From Felis catus (Eukaryota): 64,000 nt of DNA. Made by a program: the position numbers and the translations under genes. This document shows, piece after piece, positions 24,965-38,371 of this stretch. The notes under the pieces are model-generated. The model was not told the DNA's origin, ran no database searches, and saw nothing but the letters and a program-made list of their open reading frames with translations. The DNA lies in the NCBI RefSeq assembly GCF_018350175.1, contig NC_058368.1, forward strand, positions 67,768,001 to 67,832,000, written 5' to 3'. Every line of letters begins with the position of its first letter. Position 1 is the first letter of the stretch.

Positions 24965-25215
24965 AAAGCAAAGAGGCAAAGAACATAATTTTGGAGTCCA
25001 ACCGTGGGTTTGAATCCCGACTCTGCCACTTTCTGCCATGTGACTTTGCACAGACTGCGTGAATACTTGAAGCCTCAGTTTCTCGACCTGTAAAACAGTG
25101 ATAAAAACATTCCTACCTGGTATTAGTGTTGAGGATCATATGAGTTAATGCACACAGACATTTAGAGGTATACCTGAAGCACGTAAGCACTCATTAAATG
25201 TTAGCTGTCATTATT
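24965..25215 (+). mobile_element. MIR SINE
   Basis: gggtttgaatcccgactctgccactt...agcctcagtttctc...tgtaaaac...aagcactcattaaatgttagct. Confidence 0.8.
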
Positions 25216-25945
25216 TTACTGAGGCCCCAGGTGTTTTTTCACACCTTTGCCTTACCCCCTTAACCTTGTTGACTCATGGTTGCAGGAAGGCTGCAGTTGC
25301 TCAGGCAGAATTTCCTGGCCAAAGGGACAATATTTAGAGCAGAAAGTTCACCTTCTCACCCCTAAGCCAATCAATGACAATGGGAATAGGACCTCCAGGA
25401 TTTATCCGTGAAGATGGGGATAGTGGATAGCAGGACAAAATCAAGGCTCTCTCAGCAAGGGAAAGGGGGAATGGATGTTGGAGAGCCTACCAATAGACTG
25501 TCCATCCTGTTGTAGAGAGACACATGGGATTAAATGATAAAACTAGACTTCAAATCCAGGCCTCACTTCCAAGTTCTGGTCTGCCAATTATCCTAACTAC
25601 ATCTATGAAAAGTGTTACATTTCTGTGCTTAGTCAAAGATTATTCATTGATTTTTTTTCCATTTGCTTCCTTGTTGGTTTAGTTAACTTCAACATACATT
25701 TATTGAGTGTCTACTACATATCAATCACAGTACACTTTGGGAGAAATCAGAGGGAGAAGAACTAGTAATTATTGCTGACACATTTTAATTGCTTACTCTG
25801 CTTTAGGCTAAGTGCTTTCTTATGTAAGGACTTGCATTAAGTAGGTACCATTATCACCTTCATTGTACAGATGAGAAAATGAGGCTCAGGGAGGTTAAGT
25901 GACTTGTTCGTGGCTGCAGAATTAATCATTGGTGGAGCAGTGAGG

Positions 25946-26174
25946 TTTTTTCTTTTATTTTAATTTTTTAAATGTTTTTCATTTTATTTTTGAGAGATAG
26001 AGACAGCATGAGTGGGGAAGGAGCAGAGAGAGAGGGGGACACAGAAATCCGAAGCAGGCTCCAGGCTCTGAGCTGTCAGCACAGAGCCCGACGTGGGGCT
26101 CAAACTCACAAACTGTGAGATCATGACTGGAGTTGAAGTCGGACGCCTAACCGACTGAGCCACCCAGGCACCCC
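25946..26174 (-). mobile_element. Can-SINE
   Basis: Full length; TSD gagcagtgag on both sides. Confidence 0.93.
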
Positions 26175-26222
26175 TAAGAGCAGTGAGCTATTTTAACTGA
26201 GGTGTGTCTGATTTCAGAACCA

Positions 26223-26253
<31 letters not shown>

Positions 26254-26450
26254 GAGCATAAAGTAGCAAGTACTTTATTATTATTTTTCATTCAAGTAAA
26301 ATTAACATACAGTGTTACATTAGTTTCAGTGCTCATTAAGATAAGTGTACTGCAGAACCATACCTGTGCTGATATTGTGCATATATGACTGCTGTCTAGG
26401 CAGGTAGTAAGAATACCAGGAAGAGCAAGGCAGAACCAGGGTGGAGCTAA

Positions 26451-26451
<1 letters not shown>

Positions 26452-26491
<40 letters not shown>
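26452..26491. repeat. (ATT)n microsatellite
   Basis: Directly visible. Confidence 0.97.
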
Positions 26492-26492
<1 letters not shown>

Positions 26493-26499
26493 ACAACCA

Positions 26500-27058
26500 T
26501 GTTTTCTGGTTTTTGTATTTTATGCCTTGACATCTGGGGCCTTACTGACCCTTGGAGGGATTGCCCCTCCCAGGGTTAGCTAATTCCTGGAGATAAAGTA
26601 CGTGCCCATGACATTGAGCATGTCTTGCACATGAAAGCCAACTAACTGAGAGCGCATATCCCCAACCATTTCCTTTACTAAGCTCTTATACTCCAGGTCA
26701 CTGTCCCCTGTGCCCCACCCCTGCGCTAATCGCCTGAGGGCCAGGTACTAGACAATTTAGCATAGCTGCTATACCCCAGAGCCCACAGCAATGACTCAAA
26801 CTAGCCCGTCCTAAACCCTGCCTCCCTTGTTCCTTCCCTGAGAAACCACAAGAAAGCCTCTTGTCCAGGTTTTCCCCTTGCTTCCTCTGTCACCTAGCTG
26901 ACCCTGGTGCTCCCCTACGTGGCCTGGTGTGGCATACTGTGCCTTCTTTCACCAGGGCTCTGTGAGTATACAAAACTCCTTCCTTCCTAACAATCATTTC
27001 TGTGTCCGCTCTTCCTACCACAAATGATTAAAATAAATCCCCGAGTATCCTTAAAACA
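26500..27058 (+). mobile_element. ERV1-class solo LTR (MER34/MER39-like)
   Basis: tgtttt...aaaaca inverted termini; 4-bp TSD acca/gcca; AATAAA near the 3' end; family assigned by eye. Confidence 0.75.
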
Positions 27059-27395
27059 GCCATCAAGAATGGAACTCAAATATAGGACACGGAATCTAGT
27101 TATTCAAAAGCATAAAAGTGGTAAAAAGTAGGTTCAGAAGCAGAGTAAAAAACAAGTGATCAGAGTACAGAAGCAAAGTCAAGTTGGGATTGGGTTCTGG
27201 ATTCGACTAGTCATTGCCCTCACATTCACAGTCAGGACTGTGGCTTGGTTGCCGAGATTGGTGTGGGACCAGGTCTTCAATTCGTATGGTTCTGAGCTAC
27301 AGGAGGACATGGATGTGGGAGGACAGAGGGAGGAAAAGGATGGGCTGTAGAATGGTGACCTCAATGATCCCTTACAATTTAAACAATGTTGTGAG

Positions 27396-27566
27396 GGCAC
27401 CTGGGTGATTCAGTCGGTTGAGCGTCCTATTCTGGCTCAGGTCATGATCTCATGGTTTGTGAGTTCAAGTCCTGTGTCAGGCTCTGTGTGGACAGCTCAG
27501 AGCCTGGAGCCTTCCTCGGATTCTCTCTCTCTCTCTCTCTCTCAAAAATAAACATTAAAAAAAATT
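27396..27566 (+). mobile_element. Can-SINE
   Basis: TSD acaatgttgtgag on both sides. Confidence 0.92.
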
Positions 27567-27619
27567 GAATAATACAATGTTGTGAGAACATTGACTGGTT
27601 GACAAGAGTGATATAATAT

Positions 27620-28160
27620 TTAATTTTTAAAAAGTTTTTATTTTAATTCCAGTTAGTTAACATACAGTGTTATATTAGTTTCAGGTATACAATATAGTGA
27701 TTCAACGCTTGCACACAACACCCAGTGCTCATCACAAGTGCCCTAAGTTATTAATCCCCATCACCTATTCAACCCATCTCCCCACACCCCTCGAGCCCAG
27801 CAATCATCAGTTTGTTCTCTACAGTTAAGAGTCTGTTTCTTGGTTTTTCTCTCTCTTTTTCTTTTCCTTTGCCCTTTTGTTTCTAAAATTCCACACATGA
27901 GTGAAATCATATGGTATTTGTCTTTCTGTGACTGACTTGTTTCACTTAGCAGTATACTCTTTAGCTCATCCGTGTCATTGCAAATGGCAAGATTTCCTTC
28001 TTTTTTATGGCTGAATAATATTCCATTGTACACATATACCACATCTTCTTTATCATTCATCTATCATTGGACATTTGGGATGCTTCCATATCTTGGCTAT
28101 TGTACATAATGCTGCTCTAAACATGGGGGTGCATGTATCCCTTTGAATTAGTGGTTTTGT
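27620..28160 (-). mobile_element. Carnivore L1 3' end
   Basis: Degenerate ORF2 tail (ILLSETSQSQKDKYHMISLMCG) plus 3'UTR. Confidence 0.9.
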
Positions 28161-28161
28161 T

Positions 28162-28407
28162 ATTTAATTTTATTTATTTATTTATTTTATTTTAATTTTT
28201 TTTTCAACGTTTATTTATTTTTGGGACAGAGAGAGACAGAGCATGAATGGGGGAGGGGCAGAGAGAGAGGGAGACACAGAATCGGAAACAGGCTCCAGGC
28301 TCTGAGCCATCAGCCCAGAGCCTGACGCGGGGCTCGAACTCACGGACCGCGAGATCATGACCTGGCTGAAGTCGGACGCTTAACCGACTGCGCCACCCAG
28401 GCACCCC
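28162..28407 (-). mobile_element. Young Can-SINE
   Basis: Same CpG-intact subfamily motif as 16470 (cggaccgcgagatc..cctggctgaagtcgga). Confidence 0.95.
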
Positions 28408-28889
28408 TTTTTTTTTATTTTTTTTATTTTTTTTTATTTAATTTTATTTTGAAGTGGTTTTATTTCTATAGGTAGCTGGCTAGATTGATTGATTGATTGA
28501 TTGATTCGTGATTGTACGTAGCCCAATACTGGGCATTGTGGAGGACACAGACTGGGGAGATCTGGTCCTGGCTTTGAAAGAGTGAAATACAGTTCTGTAA
28601 GGCATAGACAAAATGACTTGGAAATATTTACATCACAACATTCAAGTCAACTCATGGTATTGTATTCAGAACTACATATACAAGTTCTAAAGAAGATGTG
28701 CTATAAGAAAGAGTGTGAATATTTTCAGTAATAAACAGGCACATAATAAAGTGTTTGAATTGGCTGAAGAGGGTGTGATATTGGGATGATATAGGGTAGT
28801 TTATAGAGGGCTCCAAATATATGCTGGACTGAAGAGATATTATTTTTTGTTCAGTATCACATTTAGAATTACCTCAAGTCCTTAAACAG

Positions 28890-29270
28890 TGATGGTTTTA
28901 CAAATATGTCCAAAAATTCTCTGACGCTCTTCTCTTCAAGAGGTAAAGCTTAATTCTTCTCTATCCCCCAGGATTGACTTCAGTGACTTGGTTCTAATGA
29001 ATAGAATACAACCAAAGCGATGAGATGCCGCTTCAGAGGTTAGGTTATAAAAGGACCGTGGCTTCTGTATTGGTGTTCTTTCTCTCTCCGTCTCTCACCC
29101 CTCCCCCGTCATCTCTTTCTCTGGGTAAAGTTGTGTCCTGAGCACCCTCTGGGGAGGCTCATATGGCAAGGAGCTAAAGCCTTCTGCCAACAGCGGTGTG
29201 AGTGGGCTTGGCAGGGGATCGCCCAGCCCCTGTCTAGTCTTCAGAGACTGCAACCTTGCAAGAGCCCCTG
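28890..29270 (+). mobile_element. MaLR MLT1E/F-like LTR fragment
   Basis: tgatggttt...ttcaagaggtaaagc...gtgacttggttctaatgaatagaat...aggttaggttataaaagg. Confidence 0.65.
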
Positions 29271-30260
29271 AGCCATGTTTGAATGCTAACAGGAATGATA
29301 AAGCAAAGCTGGGTGATCGTAGGAGCGATGTTTTAAAGACAATGACAGATGATCCAATCATAGAACACAGGATCTCATCTATCTTCTTCTCTTTTTAACA
29401 GAAATGAAGGCAGAGTATTTGAGTACAGATCCAGGCAGGTTGGTGAGCTGAGGGTTGAAAGATGAGGTCGTTCTAATCTGATTGCATTCTTTTCTCTATG
29501 AAGTACACAGCAAGGTCATTAGCTGAGAGAGGGGCAGAGAGGAACAAATGTTGGAAACTTGAGGAGAGCAGAAAAGGTGTAAATAATTATCTCAGAAGTT
29601 GGAAAAACAAATTTCCTAGGAAGTAAGCTGTCTGGCAGTATTGAGTTCTGTTCTGAGACCTGTGATTATAAATTTGAAACCAGTCCAGTCAGCAATGTTC
29701 TGTGATTTTCTTCAGCAACATTAAGCTGCTCTGGTAGAGGCATAGAGTAAGTGCATGGGGTATTTAACCAGGATTGGGGCTTTACCAGTGGGGGAACAAG
29801 AGAGTTATGGTGGCAAGGAGGCATTTATAGATCCAGATCATGCAATCCAGACTGGTTAAGAGATACACGAGGATAGAGAGCAGAACAGTCAAGGGTGTGT
29901 GTTAGGGTCGATGGCCTAGGTCTGTCTGGGGAACTGTAGGAGGGGAGCTGGCCTGTGGTGTAAGTGTGCTGGACTGCAGGGGATGATGGTCAGGGAACAG
30001 AGTGTGTGAGGTTGACATGCTGGAGCGGGTGCTGTAATTGTGTGATCTATGTGAGTAAGTGCTGAGGTGGGGGCAAGAAGTGATCCCTGCAGTTAAGAAG
30101 GTCAAAGAAAGGCTGGGACGAGATGTTGGATGGATTATTCATGCAAATGTTGAAGTCAAGACTGATGATAAATGTGGAGTTGGAGAGGAGAGTAAGGAGC
30201 CTGGCGCTGGGAGTTGGGAAGTCCGTGGTGACAGCACCATGGGTTCAGGGGGACAAAGAA
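29270..30260 (-). mobile_element. L2 internal fragment
   Basis: Purine-rich degenerate sequence resembling antisense L2 ORF2. Confidence 0.4.
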
Positions 30261-32402
30261 TGACACGTGCCCCAGTAGAGTGTGGGCACATAATTCCTCA
30301 AGTCAGGCTTCTATGCTGGTCAGTTTTTGGGATTTTGAGGAACAAAGAAGGAAAGAGATAAAGGAGAGAAGAGAGCAGAACATAGAAATAAGATAAAACA
30401 GAAGTTGCAATAGGATGTTAAATAAGGAGATACAAGAACCTGAAGGAAAAAGGATGTTCTGTGGAAAAGGGCAAAAGCTTCCCATCCTTCAGTATCCCAT
30501 TAGGGCACTAGTCCCCACTAGGGACTCCTCTGTAAGGAGGTCAGAGTACAGCTTCCCATGGAAGGTTAGGGCCTATGACTTTCACTATCCTTGTATGTAT
30601 CACTTGATCACAGTTATCAAGACACAGTTTTGTGCAACATTCCCTTTTTATGAAAGCAGTAATGGGAATAATATTTGTAAAGTTTCTTGTCTAAAAGCAT
30701 TTCGAAATTTTAAACCTTGGTATCAAGGGGACCGAGATTCTGTTACCTTAAAACTTCCCTGATGAGGGATAGCTCTGTCCCTGGATTGCCAGGTACACAA
30801 GGTTTTCCAGTGGGCAGATGACTTTGCAGGAAATAAGATCTTGACCATTGGCTCTGAGCTGGGCCCCAGAAGCTGCAAACAAACCGTGATCATATGTTGT
30901 ACGTGATCATGTGTCAGTATGTGATCATACGTCAGTACATGAGCAGGTAGGTTTCTGAGAAATAAAGGTTTCTCGAGGAGATAGCTCTCATTCATAAAGG
31001 AGGGTTAGTCTATTTCAAAACACTTGGGTTTTGATGGGATGAACTAGGAGAAGGTGTTAGAGAATAATTACTACGATTTCTAAAAGGTCATGCATTGTTT
31101 ATATGTGGAAGCGGCCTCCTTCATAGGTAGATTGGGCTGTGTTTTGTCTAAAGCTTGATTCTTTCCACGTTGGGAGACCTACTTAGCATTTATTAAAAAT
31201 CGGATACCCTCTTCTGTTCTGGAGAAGGGCTAAGGGCAGTACAATAAATTACACTGATGTTCATGACTTTGAGGTATCAGAGAGGTCAAAAGGGACCCAG
31301 GAAGGGCCTAGGAATGAAGATTCAAAAAGTGGCCCAAGAAATCGAGACTAGAAAGGTATAAATGGTGGGTGGGCACAACAACCAGTATTTAAGTGTTTAT
31401 ATTTCGTGTTTGGCAATAGGACAAGTTTGGTTTGCAGAGGTGGCTAAGGCCCTGCTGATACATTTAAGAAAAAAAAAAGTTCTCTTTTTGGATGGAAGAG
31501 AACAATCTGAGCCACTGAGATACAGTGAGAGGAGGTTGGAAGTGCTAGGTGCTGGCTATGCACTGGAAATAAAAGGTGAATCAGACATTGTCACTGTTCT
31601 CAAGGACCTTACAGACGGACTAAACACTGGACAGTTTTACGATTGTATCGAGGGATGTGCTGGCATAGGTGAAGTGGGAGCCAGGTAAGGAGAGAGGTGT
31701 GGTCAGCAAGGGCAGGACAGACTTGCCCCAAGGAAACGGATTAATTAGAAAAGGTGATGAGAACTTAGGAGAAAGAGCGGCTGATTTTGCCAAGGGGATA
31801 TGGTAACGACCTCAGAAGTTATGATGCAGGAGCCATGCATCCAGGGGTGTCCCAGATGTGTCTCCGTGACATACTGTTTGCTGCACTTTGACTAGTTATT
31901 AAGTTGTAGTGTAAGTGATTTATTACTAAAAGTGTTAGAAGTACCAAAGTTTACAAAAAAATGATTATATTTTCCTTTTAAATTAAAGAGGACTCAAGGT
32001 GACCTGTGGGATCTCTCTCATGTTCTCTGATCCTTTCTTAAGAGGGACACAGAGGGACAGATTTACAGTGTGTCCTGAAGGGAAAAGGTTGATTACTCCG
32101 TTTTCAGCATATATAATTAGGAACAGATGAACAATACTATTCAATTATCATATAGCTTAATTACTTGTGAATGTGCATATTAAGGTACATAACCTTCCCA
32201 GGCTAACTGCCTACCTCCAAAGACAATTTGAGGTGGATTACAGAATTAAAATAGGACAATTAAAAATATGAGTAAAATGAAAACCAATTAAAAGGAACAG
32301 AAAGATGTGTGTGCCAGGCATCTAAGTTTAGTTCATTTGTGCAGTTAAACATGAACTTAAGCTTTTAATATCTTGGCTGCTAAGACAAAAAATAAAATAC
32401 TT

Positions 32403-32614
32403 TTTAAAAAATGTTTATTTATTTTTGAGAGACAGAGAGAGACAGAGTGTGAACAGGGGAGGGGCAGAGAGAGAGGGAGACACAGAATCCAAAGCAGGCT
32501 CCAGGCTTTGAGTTGTCAGCACAGAGCCCGATGCGGGGTTTGAACTCATGAACTGAGAGATCATGACCTGAACTGAAGTCAGAAGCTTAAACAACTGAGC
32601 CACCCAGATGCCCT
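32403..32614 (-). mobile_element. Can-SINE
   Basis: TSD aaaaataaaatactt on both sides. Confidence 0.93.
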
Positions 32615-32699
32615 CAAAAATAAAATACTTAGAGAGACTTGGTCATTGATTTAAGTTTGTCTCAGGAAAAACAAAACAAAACAAAACAAAGCAAAACTC

Positions 32700-33950
32700 A
32701 CAACAACTTCTTTTTTCTGACCTCCGGAAGGAATTTATTGCTTAAAGGGACATGGAATGACGTCATGAACAACGTTTTCATGGTAGTTTTGCTAGAGATA
32801 AGAAACATTCTTCAAAGGGCTGTTACTTACATCAATTCTATCAAACAGAGATTTTGGTATATCACTAATGAGTGACTGAAGAATACGATGAAAAGAAAAT
32901 CTCATCCCCTGTAGTGACAAAGATATAAAATACTTAGGAATTCGCTTTTTTAGGGAATCACTGTGACCTGCGTAAACAAAATGACAACACTTTCCTGGAG
33001 AATATTCTTGAAGCATGAATGAATAATGTTTCCTCAGTGGGAGAATGAATATTGTAAGACTGGATATTTTTAGTAAGTTCATTTATAAGTTCAAACATTT
33101 AAAAATCTGCTAGACTCTTTCATGACAAAATCATTCTAAAACATGCTGAAAAAAATCACAGGATACTAGAAATATTACTAAAGAAGAAAAGTAACGAGGT
33201 GAAGTTAGTCATGGATATATACCAGTTTAGAAACAATAATATAAACTGCATATAGTGATGCATGAATAGGAAAAGGAAAAACAGGACTTGAATAGGATGA
33301 AAAGCTCTAGAAATTGATACAGTCGTATTTGTGGACTGAATGTGGGATGTAGTAGTTATCACAGAATAGGGTAAGGAATACCCATTTAATAACCAATTTC
33401 CCAACAACATTTAGAAACACAGCGAAGCGAACTCTTTTAGATCTGCGTCTCATACAATAAACTATGTTCCAGGTGAACTCAATAGTTAAACATAAAAATT
33501 AATATAAGCCTGGGGATAATATAAAATTGGACATATTGGGAGTACCTGGGAGAGAGGGATCCTTTCCAACATGTGAAGAGATAACAGAGAGCACAGGAAA
33601 AAGTCCAAGAGATCTGTGTTAAAAAGGAGAAAAGTGTACCGTGAAGGCAATACAACAAATAAAAGGGAAGAGGGGAGCAGAGTGTCGTGGGTGTGGGTTT
33701 GCAGGAATACCAGAGATGCACACACTCCACTGTTAGGTTAGATTACATTCCTGATTTCTTTAGCCAAGGATACAGGGTTTTATTGGGATGAGAAGGTCAC
33801 ACACAGCTGGATGGTAGGGGAATGGTAGGTTAAGCTATGATAAAACAAACTGATGGAATATTTTGTCTCCATTAAAATGGTAATTATGAAGACCAGCATA
33901 TTAGGAAATTTTGAGGCATTGTTAACGAAGACACAAAGTAGTATCTATCC
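32700..33950 (+). mobile_element. Ancient L1 (L1M-type) ORF2 remnants
   Basis: aaatacttaggaatt, gaatgaatattgtaag and A-rich degenerate L1-like sequence. Confidence 0.5.
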
Positions 33951-34053
33951 AGGGATCGGATTCGTGTCTCTCCTGTAGAACTTTACAAGGGAACATAATA
34001 AAATGAAAAAAAAATCTGTGAAAGGGTGGGTAATTTTAGTTTTATTCCTAGCT

Positions 34054-34102
34054 TATTATTATTATTTTTGATTTTATTAAATTTTTTTAACATTTATTTA
34101 TT

Positions 34103-34134
<32 letters not shown>

Positions 34135-34229
34135 CATGAGCCCGACACAGGGCTTGAACCCACGAACTGTGAGATCATGACCTGACTCGAAGTCGGACGC
34201 TTAATTGACTGAGCCACCCAGGTGCCCCT
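34054..34229 (-). mobile_element. Can-SINE (internally deleted)
   Basis: (GA)n joined directly to gagcccgacac; head ends ggtgcccc. Confidence 0.9.
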
Positions 34230-34428
34230 ATTATTTTTGATTTGAGAGGGAGAGAAAGAATGCACATGCGTGCTCATGAGTGGGAAGGGGACGGGGGGTG
34301 GGGTGTGGAGAGTGTTAAGCAGGCTCTGTACCCAGTGTGGAGCCTGACCTGAGACTCGATCCCATAACCCTAGGATCATGACCTGAGCTGAAATCAAGAG
34401 TTGGATGCTCAACCACCCAGGTGCCTCC
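34230..34428 (-). mobile_element. Can-SINE (older)
   Basis: gatcatgacctgagctgaaatcaagagttgg...ccacccaggtgcc. Confidence 0.88.
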
Positions 34429-34444
34429 CTACTTTCTTTATTAT

Positions 34445-34690
34445 AAAGCAGTGTGCAGTGGTGATTAAAAATGTGGATCCTCAGATTGCTGGGTACACAC
34501 ACAAATTCTGCCTACTCCCTGTAGGGAAAGTAACTTACCATTTTTGTGCCTCAGTGTGCTCTTCAGTAAAATGGGGATAATAGTGTCTAATTACAGAATT
34601 GTGAAGATTATGTAAATTGATATTTGTAAAGTGCTTAGAAAAGTACCTGGCACATATAAAGCACTATGTCAGTATTAGCTATTAGTATAA
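34445..34690 (+). mobile_element. MIR SINE
   Basis: tgtgcctcagt...gtaaaatggggataatag...tgtaaagtgcttagaa. Confidence 0.8.
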
Positions 34691-36932
34691 TGTTGATTCT
34701 GATAAGACATAAAAGGGTGTAAAAACCTCCAAATGAATGAAACTTTGTTATTACAAAACACCATCACCCAAGGCTTAATAAATATATTGACTTCTCATAA
34801 GTCATGGAGAGAGCAAAGCCATTTGCACTGGACTGTGAGTTCCTTTAGTACAACGACTCCAATTTTATCCATTTCTACCACATGCTGGTTCATGATAAGC
34901 AATCAGTATATATATTTTTGATGAATTGACCAAGATATGTGGCTTTTTGATGATCTGGCTTAATATTTAGCCGGAGTTTAGGTTAACCACAGCAATCATT
35001 CCTCCTTGATCTTGTGACTACTTTAGGCCTTACCTCCCTCCCTCCACCTCTGTGTCTTTGTTCAGTTTCCTAGATTTTCAGAACTTAGTTCAGGTGTCAT
35101 CTGTTGAGGCTGGGTCAGAAGCTCTTTCATAGCACAGACACGGACCCCTGCTGATATATCTGTTATAGCGTTTATCGTATTATAGTTACAGTTTTGCATC
35201 AGTTGGAGCTCACCTACTTCCAAGCGATAGAAGCCAGTGTAATTAGCTCACACCAGAAGCGGTGCTTATTTAAGATGCTGGCTGGCCAGAGCAACATCTC
35301 TGGAAAACAGACAGGAGAACAATGAATGTCTGGAAGAGTCTGAAGAATCTGGTCAGCTTCAGGAGCTGGACAGCAGGATGCATGACATCATGGCCATGGC
35401 TACGTACTCTCTTCTTTCATTGGCTTCTTTTACATTGCTACTCTCTAGCTCACTTCTTATAGGCCTAATTTTAAATTTGTGGCCGAGTAAGCTGACTGAC
35501 CTACCTCACCTGGCCCAGTTGGGATTGGGGTGGTGGGAAGGAGTATTGTAGTATTGAGGTACACATGGCCGTCTCTTGATCCGTCGAGACGTAGCCTGGG
35601 GTGGGTTCTTGAGACAGGAACAGTAGCCTGACAAACTCCCCTGCAAACGTGTTAATGTATAGCAGTCTCCCTGCCGCATGTGAGTCCCAGACCGTAGATT
35701 TTTCAGAGGCAGATGAATGTCTCATTCATCTGTGTGTTCTAGGCAACGGGCCTGGTGTCAGGCGTGTGGAAAGTGCTCCATATACATTTATTGAACTGAA
35801 CTTTCTAAATTGCAGTGAATTTTCCAATGAATGCCTGCGAACCACTATTTTAAACTGTTGATTTGAGAGGTGGGCTAGAGAGGTGCAGGTGGCAGACCTG
35901 CCACCCTGTGGTGATTTTTTGGGCACCTGTGTTATATTCTCATCATTCTACTTCTTCAGAGAGGCTCAGGGCAACTTGAAGGTAGATGAAAAGGTATGTA
36001 AGGATGGATGGGAGTTAATACGAAGTCATGGGGAAAGCATGGGTTTTGGAGTATACAAATTAATTTTGACCCTGAGGTTTATCATTTGTTACCTGTATGA
36101 ACTTGAGAAAGTCCCTAACGTCTCTGAGCCTCAGTTTACTCATCTGTAAAATGAGATAGAGCATTTCATCCATTTTTTTAGGATTAAGTATTAAATGAGA
36201 TTTTGAAATGATGTTTCTAGGATGCAGTAGGTATTAGTAATTTAATTCCCTTCCTTTTCTCTCCTTGCTTCTTCCTTCCTTAAGTGCTTTGAGGCTTATT
36301 TTGAACGGAGTCCTAAGAGTCTTGATTTTTGTAGCATGAAAGAAACCGATTTGGGCCTGAATATTTCATAAGACAAGAACTTTCAGGAAAATGCTAAATG
36401 GATTAGCATTGTAGCCACCCCCTGTGGTTTAAACTTATCAAAATAATAGCAGAAGAATTACAAAAATCATAATAAGCCTCACAAAGGGAAAATAACATTT
36501 GAAAATAATAAATGAAAATAAAAAATCAAATCCCATTGTGAAAGTATTTTAACATCAAAGAGACAGAACGTATTTGTAGGACCAGGCTTCTGCACTGGTA
36601 GAAGTGGAAAACAAATATCAAGAATCACAAGGAGATAAGATTGGATGATGATACCCACTTGAGAAAATAGAAAGGAAGACATAATATCTATAAAAATATG
36701 CAGTGATGATGAATGACTGCAGCACACGGAAAGGCTGCAGAAATACCAGAAAACAAGATACAAAGGCTACAAAGGCTACAAAGGATAGGCTACAAAGGAT
36801 AGGTTTAGAGCACTACAGTAAAAATTCACATTCGTTGTAAATTGTAATGTTAGGTGATTGAATTAAAAACATGTAATAGACTGCATGAATCCAAAAAATA
36901 GATTGAGATAAATCTGCGAAGAATAGGGACAC

Positions 36933-37321
36933 CGTTATGGGCTGGATTGTGTCCCCCACTCCCAAATTCATATGTTGAATTCTTAACCCTGGTAACTCAG
37001 AAGGTGATTGTATTTGGAGATGGGGACTTTAAAGAGGTAATTAAGGTTAACTGAAGTCATTGGGGTGGGCCATAATCCAAATATGACTGGGATCCTTATA
37101 AGAAGAGAAGATTGGAACATAGGCACACACAGAGGGCAGACCCATGTAAAGACAAAGGGTGAAGCTGGGTATGGACAGAACAAGGCTTCAGGATGAAACC
37201 AGCCCTGCCAACACTTGATCTCGAACATCTGGTCTTCAGCACCATGAAGAAATACATTTCTGTTGTTTAATTTACCTAGTCTGTGGTACTTTGTTATGGC
37301 AGCCCTGGTAAAGTAATAACA
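36933..37321 (+). mobile_element. MaLR MLT1A/B-like solo LTR
   Basis: gggctggattgtgtcccc...aaattcatatgttgaa...gtggtactttgttatggcagccc; 5-bp TSD gacac/gatac. Confidence 0.85.
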
Positions 37322-38371
37322 GATACCAAAAATGATGGAAAATCAACATGAAAACCAAAGAAAGGAAGTAGAGACTTATAACCTAGAAAAGGGGAAATTA
37401 TGAAAAAAGAACCAGGACGAATGTTAAAATGCTTTCTATCAATACTTAACAATGTTAGAGATGCTTGCTGCAGGACTATGAGTGGAAAAAATATGAAAGG
37501 TTAGGTGAATAACTCATGTTAGTAAATTCATACATGATTATGGATATAGAAAACCCTAGGAAATCAAATGAAAACTGTTGTAGTAATAAGAGTTCTGCAC
37601 AGTTATAACATAAAATAAATCCCTGGTCTCTAGTGCTTCATGAACCTATAAAATGTAACAAAAATTAATCTCTTTATAAATAGTAAAATAGCATTAAATA
37701 ACTGCTAATTAATTTAATGTAGGATGTGAAAACTATTGAAGGGAATTTTAAAATAATGGGAGAAAAATTGGGAAAAATACAGTAATTTTTTAAATAAAAC
37801 TGGGAAAAAGAGTAATATTTTACTTCAGAAGGATCTTACTAAGTATGATAATGATTTTAATATCTCTTTATTAAGTGGAATTAAATATAATAGATCTTGG
37901 TGTACTTTATAAATTATAAAGATTTGGGTGCTAGATACTGTTTTATTAGAAGAGTTTAGGATAGCAAAATCAAGACTCAGACATTTTAGGGAAAAGAAGA
38001 TTTTAAGATGGTCTAAAATACTTAAGGATTGAGATAAAAAAAGGAATTCCTGGTTGCTCAGTGAGCAATCATTTTGACCCTTGATGTAATGAAATTTGCA
38101 TTGGATCTATTCCATTCTCTACTATAGAGTATGATTAATCTCAAAGACTATTGAATCAGAGGGTTCTTTTCATCTATTATCTGAGTGCCCTTGGGCAGTT
38201 ATTTAATACTTCTGCTCAATTTTCACTCTGTAAAATGGGGATAAGGTTGTTATAAGGACTAATGAGTTCTGAAATAGTGCATCAAGTTTAAAATCACTTT
38301 CACAGACTGTTTTCAGCATTAAATATAATAGCAAAAATAAAAAAAAAGGAAACTCTTTTACCATAGGGGAC

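Noticed and set aside
36760..36806. Short tandem caaaggcta/caaaggatagg repeats
   Set aside because: Simple slippage within degenerate L1-like sequence; no evidence of function.
37234..37255. REST/NRSE-like TTCAGCACC half site
   Set aside because: The right half (GGACAG) is absent and the match lies inside an MLT1 LTR.
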